A stretch of 63,990 nucleotides of DNA, counting the filler, from Rhizaria sp. SCN 62-66 (lineage: Eukaryota), in assembly GCA_001724265.1 (NCBI GenBank). It is 4 parts of 4 records of this genome, joined end to end, with 100 filler letters (N's around TTAATTAATTAA, not from the genome) between each part and the next. Parts side by side here need not be neighbours in the genome. Positions count along the whole stretch, not along the records: positions 41,702 to 56,757 come from MEDY01000497.1; positions 56,858 to 63,990 come from MEDY01000606.1; 2 more parts are not named here. One strand, given 5' to 3'. Both the position numbers and the translations under genes were made by a program. The notes under the pieces were generated by a model. It was not told the DNA's origin, did no database searches, and saw only the letters and a program-made list of their open reading frames with translations. Below, in pieces: positions 49,102 to 61,132 of this stretch; the stretch's first letter is position 1, and each line of letters opens with the position of its first letter.

Positions 49102-52100
49102 TTACAATAAATAGCGTTTGAGGTCCATCTCGACCTCGTCCTCTTCCTCCTCCCACTCGAAGTCAACATCCTCCAGCAGCGGATTCAGCTCACGAGCCAC
49201 CCACACTGCATCCACCAGCGCGTAGACCCACACGCCGTCCGCGGGCCCGCGCCGCGCCGTTTCTTCGGCCTCTGCCGCGGTCATTGTCTCCAGGGACTCA
49301 GTTGATGGCCGCGCGGGACTTAACCCGGCCGCCCAGGGCCGCGCGCGCACTTCCGCCCGCGCGGCCGCAGCAGCATCGCCGGGCCCCGCAAGCGCACATA
49401 GCTCACGCCACTCCTCCGCGGCGCGCGCCACGAGCGCGGGCGCGTGGAAACTCAGCCGCTCGAGCGCGGCACCCACCACAGTCTGCAGCCGGCGCGCGCC
49501 GATGTCGTCCTCTCCGTGGCCCTGGTTGTGCGCCGTCCCGCCGTGTGAGCGCGCCGCGGAGTGGTGCTGCGGGGATACAGAGAGCAGAGGTGCGGCGCCC
49601 AAGGCTTCGCGGGCGCGCGCGGCGTCGCGCTGGCGGCGCGCGTGCGAGAGCCGGCGCGGGCGGTACATCGGCGAGGTCCACGCGCGCCACGGGTCACTCT
49701 CCTCGCTGGACTGCGCCGCCGAAACGGCTGAGTCAGCAGAAGTCGTAGCAGTGGCAGTCGCATCGGTCCCGTTCGTAGCTGTGCAGTCGCTCTTGTTCGC
49801 TTGCGACGATGAAGACATAGATAGAGATGAGTCGGCTGTGGCTGCCCACGCGCCCTTAGCTGCGAGCGCGGTCTCCGCGGCGGCCTCATCCTCCTCCGCC
49901 GCCGCGTCAGCCGCGTCAGCCTCGGCCTCTGCCTCCGGATCGCGTCCGTTGAGCCCCACCGCGGCCTCCGCCAGCGCGCGCGCCGCGCCCGCAGTCGCCT
50001 CGAGCGCGATGCCCTCAGAGCGCAGCAGCGCCGCATGCTGCCGCAGCAGCGCGCGCTCGCCGGCGACCAACACGCGCGCCAGCGCGGCGGGGCCCAACGG
50101 GGACAGGTCCGCACGCAGCGGGAGACGGCCACGCAGTTCGGGCAACAGGTCCTCGGGCCGCGAAACGTGAAACGCGCCCGCGGCAACGAAGAGCACGTGC
50201 GTCGTGTCCACAGGGCCGGCCGAGGTCTTAACGGTTGTACCTTCCAGCAGGGTCAGAAGCTCCTTCTGAACGCCCTCACCTTTGGCCCCCAGCGCGCCCG
50301 CCCCGGTCACAATACTCCCGTCGCCGTTTGACACCGAGCCGGGTGCAGGCGCGTACTGCTGCTGTTGCTGCAACAAACGGCGGCGGCGACGCGCAGCAGC
50401 GGCGCGCACCGCCTCGCTCGCGCCCGCTGTATCTGCGTTAGTTCCAGCCTCCTTGGTGCGGCGCGAGAGCAGTGCACTCTTGCGGGCCCGCCGCGCCGCC
50501 GTGGCCGCCGCCGACGCCGACGCAACGGCGCCGCCGACGCCGCCCGCGCGCGCGGCGGAGCGCCCGGGGCGCGCGAGCTTATCGACCTCGTCGAGGAACA
50601 CCACGCCCGCGCTCGCGGCGGCGCGCGCGGCGACGGCGTCGAGCAGCGCGCGGGACAGGGGCGCGGGCGGCTGCGGATGCACCGCGGCCGCGGGTGCGAG
50701 CGCAGGCGCGGGCAGCGGGGCGGCGGCGGCGGCGGCGGCGTGCGGCGCGGCGACCGAGGCGGGGATGGCCCACCGGTGCGCGAGGGAGTGCCGCAGACGG
50801 GCCAGAGCGGCGGCGGCGGACACGCGGGAGCGCGGGCCGGGGGCGGCCGCCGCGGCGGCGACTGCCAGCGCTGCTGAAGGATCAAGCGGGGGCATGCCGG
50901 CGCCGTGACTGCCGCCGCTGATGCCGCTATGTGCAGTGCCGCCGATGCTGTTGTGGCTGCCGTGGTGCGAAGGCGCGACGCCGAGGCCGAGGGAAGCCAG
51001 AGAGGAGCGCAACAGCGGGGACGTCCCCGCGCCGCTCGCCCTGAATGAGCCGGGCGACGACGACGATAACATAGACGATGACGATGACGAAGAAAGCGAC
51101 GATTGCGACAAGGCAGATGACGATGACAGATTAGACAGCTCACTGAACGCAGTGCCCGCGATAGGCACCAGTGAAGAGGTCTCGCCGCGGTTGAAGGCGA
51201 CAGAGTCCGATCCAAGAGTGTACTGGCCAGACGCGGCGTGACTTTGAGTCAACGCGGCCTGACTTTGCGTCAGCAGACGGGCCTCGTAAGCGGGGTCAGC
51301 GTCATCGTCTTGGTAACCGCCGCCGCCGCCGCCACCGCCGCCACCGCCGCCGTGAACAGAGTCGTTGCCCCCGCCTAAGATGCCGCCCAACAGCGACGCG
51401 AGCGGCACCTGCATCGCCCCACCGCCCCCGCCGCGCCCGCCGCCGCCAAGGACGAGCGCGCCGCCCGGTGCGGCGGGGCCGGCGGTTGCAAGCGCGTGGG
51501 CCAGCCCCAGCGCGTCGGGCGGCGGCGGCGGCAGGGCGAGGTCGAGAGAGCACAGCAGCAGCGGCAGCGGCGCGGGCGCGGCCGGCAGTGCAAGGGTTAG
51601 CGAGGCCGTCGCGGCAGTGGCGGCGGCGAAGGCGGCGGCGGTCGCGGCCAACGAGGGCGCTCCGGGCAGCCACGCAGCGAGACTGGCGCCGTAGCCGCTC
51701 AACTCGTTATCCTAATCCTGATCGCGATCATCGCTGCGACTGGGCCGAGTGGTGGTGGGGACGCTCTCCGACGCAGACACGGGGGCGGCAGCATCTGCGT
51801 CCGCACTCTTGTTCGCAGCAACAGAGGCAGTGCCCGCGTTGATACTGTTGTCGGGCTCGATCGGGGCGACCTCGATGACAACAGAGCCGAAGATCGAGCC
51901 AGACAGCCCACTCACCCCGCCGCCGCCGCTGCTTTCACTGTCAACAGTGTGGTTCATAGACCCGGCAAGCGGGGAGTCACGCGCGCCAGGCAGCGCAGGC
52001 AACAAGTCCCAGCTCGATCCCATGGCAGTTGAAGCAGATGCTGCGTCCACAACGGTGGAGTTCGACGGCATCGCGGTGGTGTAGCCCACAGGAGAGCCCC

Positions 52101-54189
52101 TGCCGCCGCGGTGGTTGTTGCCTGGAACGACCGTGTAGGCCGCCACACGCTGTCCCCTCGCAGTACTGGCCGCAGACTCACTCTTCCCCTTGTTGGCCAG
52201 CGCACTCGCACTGACGTTCGGAGGTGCGGTCAGAGACGCGGGTTGATTCAGCGTCGGGGACTGAGCAAGCAGTGCGCGCCAGAGCGCAACACCGGCCACA
52301 AGCGGGGGCGCGGCGGCCACGGCAGCGCGCTGCGCAGCGAGCGCGGCTGCGGCGGCCACGGCGGCCACGCGAGCGGACTCGGCCGCGGCGGCAGCAGCAG
52401 CGGCGGCGGGCGAGAGCGACAGCGCAGGAGGCTGCACCGCCGTCACCGCAGTGTACGCAGCAGCGCCAGGCAGCGCGCTAGCGACAGCAAAGCTTGAGGA
52501 AGCAGCATTCGCAACGTTACTGCAACTGCCACTCTTGTTTTCAGTGTGAGAAGCCCAGAGATCAGTGAAAGGCAGGAGCATTTCGCCGAGTAATAAGCGC
52601 TCAACCTCGTCATCCCCCGCAACCCCATTGCCGCCCTCTGTCGCCGCCGCAGCTGCCGCACAAGAAGTGACCGTGAGTCCCGTAGGGAAGAAGTTAAGCC
52701 GCGTGTCCGGATGCGCCAGCAAAGCGCGTTCGTACGCAGCCCGCGCATGCGCCTCGTCGCCAGTCGCGCCAAAAGCAGCAGCACTTGAGTCACCCAAAGA
52801 CGAAGCACCGGCAGTCGTCGCGGCAGTGGGTAGGCCGAAGGACGCGGCCAGCGCTGCGGCGTCCGCAGCGGCGACAGCGCGCGCCGCAGCTTCATACCGC
52901 GCCACCGCGTCGCCAAGCGTCTCTGCGACAGCGGCACTGATCTCCACGGCGTCGTGCTCAACACTCTGCTGTGTTACGGTCGACTGCGCAGTGGCAACAG
53001 CGGAGGCAGTTTGCGCAGCGGAGATAGCGGCGATCGCGGCGTCGACGCGCGCGAGCGGTGTCTTGGCCGCAGCGGCCGCAGCAGCAGAGAGAAACGCCTC
53101 CGCGGCCGCTAGCGCCTCAGCCACCTGCGCTGAGGCCGCCGTGACCGCCCGCACGGATGCGACGGCGACGGCCATCTCAGCACCACGCCGTTCGGCGCAG
53201 GCAGCGCGGCGGCACACGCGCGCGGGGGCCGGCGCGGGCACCGTAGTAACACGGTTAAAGCTCGATGCAGCGGGAGAGCTGGAGTGGCCGGTGGCGGCGG
53301 CGAGCGCGGCGGGAGCAGCGGCGGCGGCGGGCTCCATGCTCGGCGGCCGCGCGGGGCCCTGCATGACAGCGCGCGGCAGCGGCAACAACACAGGCCCGGA
53401 CGCACCCACAGCGGACGCGCTCGCGGTCAACGGCGCGGCGCTGGGCGACTGAGCGGAGGAGCAAGTAGGGCAGCGACAGTTGCTCTGCGCGAGCGCACGG
53501 CGGCGCACCGCTGCTTGCGCGACGAGAGCGCGCGCGTCGTTCGCCAAGTCGTCGACGAGAGTGCTAAGGTCTGTGCCGACCATGCCGACCTCGGTGAACC
53601 GCGTGGCCTCGGCGGCGGCGAAGGGCGCGCGCGAGAGCGGCGGAATCCACCCAGGGTGCGACAGCGGCGCTGTGAGATATGGTGCAGTCGCTACGGAGAG
53701 CGCGCGGGCCGCGGCGGCCGCGGGGGCGCGCAGAGCGGCCGCGGTGGGCAGAGCGGGGGCCGCAGCAACAACGGCCGAGGCGGCGGCCTTGACCAGCGCG
53801 GTCTTGCCGCTGCCGGTGGGACCCGTGAGCAGGATTCCGGCCGCGGCGGCGGGCGCGGCGGCGCGGCGCAAAGCGGGGTCTGAGACGGCTAAGCGGCGCG
53901 CGCGGGCGCGGAGCGCGACGGCGAGAGCGCGCTTGGTCGCAGGGTGGCCAACAATAGTGCGCGACATGGCCTGCACCAGCGCGCGCGGCGAGGGCGTCGA
54001 TGACAGCGGTAGCGGCGCGGCGGAGAGCTCGAAAGACGGGCAAGACATCGACGGAGAGGCTGAGGATGCAGTCGGGAGCGCAGAGAGGCCGCGGTGCGAG
54101 GTCGTCGCCGTCACCGTCACCGTCAGCGCAGAACGCGCTGCGGCGGAGACGGCGCGCCTGCTGTGAAGGTGCGAGAGCGCGCGGAACAT
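49102..54189 (-). CDS. hslU: Mitochondrial HslU (ClpY) AAA+ ATPase, 1695 codons when read through in-frame TAG 51712-51714
   Basis: Before the TAG: presequence, PRALV..IVG..KRALAVALR, Walker A GPTGSGKT, EATRFTEVGMVG. After it: Walker B GVVFLDEVDK, GEGVQKELL.LLEG, HVLFVAAGAFH..PEDLLPELRGRLP, DIGARRL, C-terminal DLKRYLL. Both halves are in the same frame. TAA stop. Confidence 0.9.
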
Positions 54190-54492
54190 GGCCGGCGAAC
54201 GTTATTCAGAAAGAGGTTGGTCGGGGCTATGGGTTGGAGTCGAGGAGAGAAGCAGCGGTGAGGAAGATGAGTATAACATCACAGTCGATCCGTCGTTGGC
54301 AATTTCGATTCATAATATAACTAATCCACAAAACCTTATCAACTATACTTTAAAATCACTGCTATACACGAGCGTAGTATGTGATTCCATTCTGGTTCGT
54401 TTTGCTGACGAGCAGTATCGTGCCTTGCAACTCGTATCTGTGCTCATCCCACTTCCCTGCATTCGTCCCTGTCTTCCACACATTGTTTTCAG

Positions 54493-56757
54493 ATGAGTGT
54501 AGCGCACCATACGATTGGTCCGCTAGCCGCGCCCACCACGGCGCATGCCAGCGCGGTGCTGTCGGCGTCTTCGTCGTCCTCGCGCCTCCTGCCCTCGTCA
54601 CTGCTGCCTTCCTTGTCCTCACAGTCCCACAGCTCGCACTCGCACTCGCAGCTTCCGCTGAGCAGCGAGGCCGCTGCCGCCGCCGTGGTCGCCGCCGCTG
54701 ACGCCGAGAACATGCGTTTCCTGCAGGCGCTCACCTCCGACGACGACGCCTACCTGCGCTCTCTGATGCAGCTGGCCGACGCCGAACTGCACCAGCAGCC
54801 CGCAGTGCTGGCTGCCGCCGCCGCCGCCGCACAGGCGCGCGTCGAGGAGCACGCCGTGCGCAACTATCGCGTCTTCGTCGCTTCCTCCGACGCCGTCGCT
54901 GCCGCAGCCGCAGCCGCGGCTTCGCTCGCAGGCTCCTCCTCGGCCGCCGCCGCGCTCGCCGCCGCCGCCGCTGGCTCTGCGCGCGCCGCCACCGCCGCCT
55001 CGGCCGTCTGCCGCGCGCGCCGCACGCGCCTCGCCGCGCTCACAGCCGCGCGCGCGCGCGTTGAGGGCGTGTTTGCGGCGGCCTCCTGCGCCGCGCTGTG
55101 CGCAGACGCCGGGCTGCTCGCGGAAGCGTTGGCAACGCTTGCGGAGGCCGAGTCCGTCGCCGCGGCCGCTCGGTCACGGATCCGCAAGCGCCTTGCATCG
55201 CGCTCTAGCGGCAGCGGCAGCAACAACAGCGGTGCACTGGTGGAGCGCGAGAGCTACATCAATGAGAACAATAACGACGACAATGGCGATGACGACGACG
55301 ATGATGATGATGACGATGGTGATGACGGCGATGACGCCAGTGAGGGCGGGCGCGCTGAGGAGTCTGCGCTCGTCGCAGTTCTTGCCACCACAGTCGCCGG
55401 CTCGCGCGCGCGCATTACTCGCCAGCTGCTGCAAGCATTAGTCGACCCTCTGCCGACGCTCCTACTCGCACGCGCGCGTAAACACCAGTCATCGTCCGCC
55501 TCAGCCTCAGCTGCAGCTGCAGCCGCGGCCGCGGCCTCGTCGTCGTCGTCTTTCGCGCTCCCCACGTCTGCCAGCGGCGGCAGCGACGCCGGCGCTGCCG
55601 CGGACTCGAGCAGCGGCGGCAACGGCAACGACTCTGGTCGTGGCACTGAAAGCGCGCCTGCGACCGTGGCCGAGCTCCTCGCCACCTACGCCGCCGCCGT
55701 CGCCGCCGCCGCGGGCGCTGGCGCGGGCGCGGGCGCGGGCTCCGACGCTGCGGGCCCCGCCGCGGCCGCCGTGGCCGCCGCGGCCGCCAGCGCCGCCGCC
55801 GCGCCAGTCTCGGTCGCCCTGCTGCCCGCTGCGCCCGCTGCGGCCGCACAGCAGTCGCTACTGCTGACTCTCGCGCTCGCGCTGGGCCCCGGTGCCGCTA
55901 GCGCGGGCTCTTCCGCGCCAGCCGCTCTCGCCGCGGCCACGTCAGCTAACGGCAACGGCGGTGACGGTAACGCTTTGTGTGCGGCCGCCGCCGCCGAGGC
56001 CGCGCGGGTGCGCGCTGCACTGCCGCACCTGGCCCGTCTCCTCGCCGCCAGCAACGCCAACACCGGCGCTAGCGCTGTCACAGCTGCCGGCAACGCGCTC
56101 TTGTCGTCCGCCTTTGCGTCCACTGCGTCTGCTGCGTCTGCTGCGACTACCACGGCGACTGCGACCGCGAATCCAGAGGCTGCCGCGCGACTGCGTGCGC
56201 TGTACATTGACTCGCGCGCCGTTGCCGCAGGGCTCTACACCCGCGCCTTGCCGTTGCGCGCGCTGCTGCTGCGTCTAGCGCGCGTGCTCGCACTCGCGCC
56301 ACTGCCGGCACTGCAGCGGTCCGCTCCCGTCTCAGCTCCCGCCGGCTTACCTAGTAACGGCAATGAGGTGACGCCGCTCGACGCCGGTGAGCTGCTTACA
56401 GTCACCCCGCCGCGCCGCTTGCCCGCTGCGGCCGCACGCTTACTCTTAGCCGCTGCCGCCGAAGCCGCCGCCGCGAGCGTGGAGGCCGCTGTCGCCGCGC
56501 CCCGCGACGCTGCCTCGTCTGACAGCAACAACAATACCAACTACAGCAACGACGCAGACGCGGCGACCGCGGCCGCTTCCTCGGCGAATGCGACTGCGAC
56601 CGCTGATTGGTACCTCGCCGCCGCCCCCGCGCCCCCCGTGCAAGCAGCGGCTTCAGCCCTCGGCGCGAGTGCCCGGCGGCGGCGGCGGCGCGCGGCGCGG
56701 CGCGGCGGCCGGCTGGCGGGCGCGCCGGCGTCACTGCGCACGCTGGCCCGCGCCGCG
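54493..56757 (+). CDS. COG8/Dor1-like protein, 3' truncated, Ala-rich
   Basis: AYLRSLMQL...L.QQPAVL......VEEHAVRNYRVFV resembles the COG8 N-terminus; later RQLLQAL.DPLP and RLRALYIDSR. Open to the contig end. Confidence 0.65.
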
Positions 56758-56857
56758 NNNNNNNNNNNNNNNNNNNNNNNNNNNNNNNNNNNNNNNNNNN
56801 NTTAATTAATTAANNNNNNNNNNNNNNNNNNNNNNNNNNNNNNNNNNNNNNNNNNNN
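56758..56857. other. Artificial contig linker
   Basis: N44-TTAATTAATTAA-N44. Confidence 0.98.
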
Positions 56858-56981
56858 TGCAATCTGATCTGATTTTCGTCTGTATCTTCATCAATTCTTC
56901 TCTGATCTCTCTCGTTCTTTCTCTGATACTCTCCACTGCTCTTCCTCTTTGTAAAGGTCAGTGACCTGAAGAAATTTAATA

Positions 56982-57662
56982 TCAAGGACCAACCCTACGG
57001 CAAAAGTCTGTAAATCCTCCCGAGATAGGCGAGTCATATGTAATTCCTTCGCATCCACTGTTATTTACATCCACACACATAATCAAGAAAATGAGCAAAA
57101 GGTAATAGCGCACGTCAAGTCCGCGGCGGAATTTTTGATATAAAAAGTTAAGCAAATACTTCACTGTCCTTGATATCGTGTCAGGATGGCAGAAGAACAC
57201 AAATGGACCTTCCTGTATGTAGCGGTGAGGAAAAGACAAACGCCACAGGAGCATGCACAAAGCTGGGACGGCTCCAACCCGTCCGCCATTTGGTAGCCTG
57301 ATTCGCTCAGGAATTTCGAAAGCATGCACCAGCTGGGTGATGACATCAGCGGGAAAGCTTACGAGAACGCCAGTGTCAATAAAAATTGTTCGTGACTCAC
57401 AGTACTACGACACGACCATGATGGCGTCATGCGCGCAGGAAAAGCTGAGCTGAGCATACCGAAACAAAGACACCGCTCTTTCACCGATGGCTTGTATGGA
57501 AAACTCTCCAACGGGGCGTACAATATGCGGCCTAATGCGACCATCTTGACGTTGTGCTAGTAATAAAGCGGCAGCGGCGGCGATGAGCCGTTGTGCACGG
57601 ATGCGGCGCTGTTGACGTGCCTCATCGAGTTCCTCCAGCGCGCGATCGAAGCGCCGCTGCAT
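56982..57662 (-). mobile_element. PIF/Harbinger-like (DDE_Tnp_4-associated) transposase N-terminal fragment with intron 57459-57358; probably degenerate
   Basis: The spliced reading SLFRFPADVITQLVHAFEIP...G....ALCMLLWRLSFPHRY....F......ISR matches the FRF...ALC.LL.RL.YP.R HTH region of these transposases. No DDE core is visible before the contig end. Confidence 0.55.
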
Positions 57663-60600
57663 TCGCCTACTTCGCAAGAAACCTGTGTCAGGACCATTGC
57701 ATAATTATTAATAGTACCGTAAATGAGTGTGTCAAAATGATTTTGTCACGATCCTTGAGCGGCTGATGGAGTGGCGACTGGACCGCAGAAATATATTTTA
57801 CAGTTTTTTTTAGCAGAATCAAGCAGATCCTACAAATTTGGTTGAAATTGGGCTAAAAATCGACCGATATTTCGCAGGTCCTCTAACTTTACGTATATTT
57901 CATGGTTATTGGTGCCTATGAGGAGTCCAAAGGGCATTGGGAACGTGTTGGGTTGATTTGTCAAGGATCTGTTTCGCATCTGTAACGCATCTTGCGCGTC
58001 ATTGAGGAATGCGTAGCGGCATCTCGTCGATCCTTCAAGAATGCACATGATCTGTCAAGAGATCATCATGACGACGTCAAGATCTTCAAGATCGTCAAGG
58101 AGTGACTTCCCTTTTAGCCTTTATACCCTCGATCTTGGCCCTTGCCATTTCTCTAGTTTGTTCTTTTCTCCGATTGGATCGATTTAGTAGGCGAAGCCTT
58201 TCTATTGGTTCGATCTGATTCTTTCCTTTCCCTTGGCGTGGCGTTTTCCTTTGCGCCCGCTGATTTCTCTTTTCCCCGTCCGTGTCAATACAGGTTTTTG
58301 GTTCAGTGGACCTTTCCTGCGTCCCACATAAATTCGTTGCTGACTACCTCGGAGTCAACAGCGGGGCCAATAATGTTTTTCTCTGGCTATTCTTTCATTT
58401 TGTTGTGGCCATGGTGGAATTGCAATCAGTTTGAACGAATTTTTGGCCGCGGCGCGGCGCAAGTGTTTTCCCATTCGCTGCGCTCGCCAGTGGCGTCGGC
58501 CTAGCAATTTTACCCGTACGCACTTTTCGGGTAGCGCTTTTCATGGAGCAACCCTGTGGCAGTACGCGCTCGCAACGACGCACTTGCCTCGGCCAAGCAG
58601 GATCTGGCGCGCGCGTCGGCAGCGGTCTTCACGTCGGCGTCGCCCATGAACCTTGTGGCAGCGAAGGAGGGCGCAGCGTGCGTCCACGTTGTGCGATTGC
58701 AAGAATATGTTGTCCATTTTATTAGTCTGCGCTTGCGTCGGTCGCGCGCCCTCGAGCAAGGCAACGTACCCGCGGGAGTAGTTTGACTCTCCCCTGTGGA
58801 AGGCGGTCAAGAACCCAGCCGCCGTCGCGCAGCGCTGCACGCGGCATTTCGTAGAGCTATTTGCCGAGGTCACCGTCGTTGGCCTATTCGGCAACGTGCT
58901 TCTTGATAATCACATCCGCGCGACCTCCACGAGGCAGCAAGGGAGGCGCTCGCTCGACGCTTTACTCTCCTCGAGCTTAACGCGCTGCCGCGGGGCGTCT
59001 TTGACACGGCTTTCTGCCCCGACGAGTTAATGTGTCACTTTTATTGCAAAATTGGGGCTGCTGATGTTTGCCACTCGCTGCGCTGTGGCACGCTTCCCAT
59101 ATGTATGGCGGAATCTGTGGGTCGCTTATCCCCAAGGCCGACCGCGACCCGAGGCACAAATCGTCATGGCGCCTCTTTACGCTTCTCAACAGCAACCGCT
59201 TTTGTTTTTAATTGGGTTGCGAGGCATATATGGCAAACGCGCCCTCAACACGACCTCTGACCACGCCGCCGACGCTGCTCGCCACGTTCTGCTTCAAGAT
59301 CTTGACAGTGCCAAGACTTTTTACATTTTTTTTGAGGTATGGCTAGTTGCGCTACGCCCTATGTATAGTGGGTGAGTCTTTTATTGGGTTGTTGTGTTTT
59401 GTTTTTTGCGCATCTTGAGGTCGACGGCGGCATCTTGTGTGCGGTTCTGTCGTTCATGATTGGGGTGTCAGCGTTTCGGTATTGTGTCAGCATTGGCTTT
59501 CAATCCGGTCATCGTTTCATGTTGGGTGTGTCAGCATTACACAAGATGGTCTGTGATGGTCTGTGATTGCATCAGGTCTTGCATGATTTTACTCGTTTCT
59601 TTTGTACGGGCGGGCTTCTGCGGCCCCCTTCTGGTGCATAGCATCCAATGTATTGTTTTAAAACTTATTATAGGAAACGCGAATGACGTCAAAGAGTGGT
59701 TTCCTGGAATATTCTTGTTGATATTGATCCTTCTGTACAATTAGTCGACGACGTTTGACCAGGCCGCGTGTCTTTGGCTACTAAAGCGAAACACAAGACT
59801 GATAGCCCAATATATGTTTGAACCACGAATAAAAAGTGAGCTCATTTAAAAGTTGGGATCCAGAGAAATTTTGATTCTGCTGTGAACAGCCTTTTCTAAT
59901 CAATCAACGCAGCTATTCTTGGCGCGCCCCACAAAATTTGCGACTTTTCCCAGAGCAAATAATATCACTCGATCGGTCCATTTAGTGTCTAGGTATTGCG
60001 CAAATGCGAGCGCATTTGAAAGCTGGAAAAAGGAGTAATCCTCGTTTCGCCCTGATGGGTCTACTGAAATCGAACATCATTGTCTTTCCTGGGCGCGCTT
60101 CACAAATGTGGCGACTTTACTCGCGGCGAGCTTTTCAGTATTGCTGCTCAATATAATTCCTTGACCGAGACAAAGAACGAGCGCATTTAAAGGCCGGGCT
60201 GCCTGAGAAAAATCCACTCTGCCGCGACGGGTCGTATGCTCCGTGCGCATAGGAATCGGTACTTTTGCGAGCGCGCTTCTCAAATGGTGCGAGTCTGCAC
60301 AAAATGTTCATTCCATACTTGTCACACATATTTTTGTCTATGCGTAGGTGTGGCGCGAGCCAATGGTGCGCATGGGTTGTCAAGCAAAAAAGGCGCTGCT
60401 TTGAAACGTTGCTGTCGGAGCGGATCTGTCGTGAATCGGTCGAGCCATGTCCATCCACGGAGCATCGCAAATAAATAACCTCAGAGGACAAGTGAAATAG
60501 CTGAAAGTATCACAAACGGTCGCGCTTTGCTCTATACTTTGAGCGGTGTCAGCCGGCATCTCCATGGCATCGCATGATCGCCACGATCAGCGGGCAGACC

Positions 60601-61031
60601 GGCGGGCGGCAATGGCTCGTCGATCATCGCGCGCACAACATGCCCCACAAAACCGCGCTCAAGAATTAACCCGCTCGCCAAAGACTATGCGTTTAAATAG
60701 CAAAAGCTTGCGAGCGCGTCAGCCTCTCACGGCCGCAGCCGCCGGCGCGCCGCCCGGATCGGCGCACGAACCGACACGAGCCGGTGCTAATCCACAAGGC
60801 CGCTGCTTACCATAACCTTCTGAGCTCTCTGTAGAGAAATAGAAAAAAATGTTTTGAACTCGATGCCGCACGGCATCATGCCTCGCCTCACCCGTCAGTC
60901 AGCGCGAGTTGGCAGGGGGCGGGAAAATTGGCGGGTTGGGTCACATCGCATGCGTTTTTATTGAGGTCAATCGGACAACCTACGAGTGGCCGAGGACAAC
61001 CAATCATTGGCAATCAAACGGCAACCCCCTG

Positions 61032-61132
61032 GCGCCTGGCTTGGCAAAATGCGCATTTGCGCATATTCACAGCCCTGCCACAGCTACTATCAAAGTTGCG
61101 CCTGGCTTGGCAAACCGCGCATTTGCGCATAT
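61032..61132. repeat. Imperfect direct repeat, about 35 bp x 2
   Basis: gcgcctggcttggcaaaatgcgcatttgcgcatat at about 61032 and gcgcctggcttggcaaaccgcgcatttgcgcatat at about 61098. Confidence 0.75.

Noticed and set aside
28439-51714. Pyrrolysine or selenocysteine recoding
   Set aside because: Sec uses TGA; Pyl is not known in eukaryotes, and the sites are non-catalytic positions in unrelated proteins.
25867-56857. TTAATTAATTAA within N runs as a biological repeat
   Set aside because: Three identical 100-nt spacers with six-frame stops are an assembly concatenation artefact.
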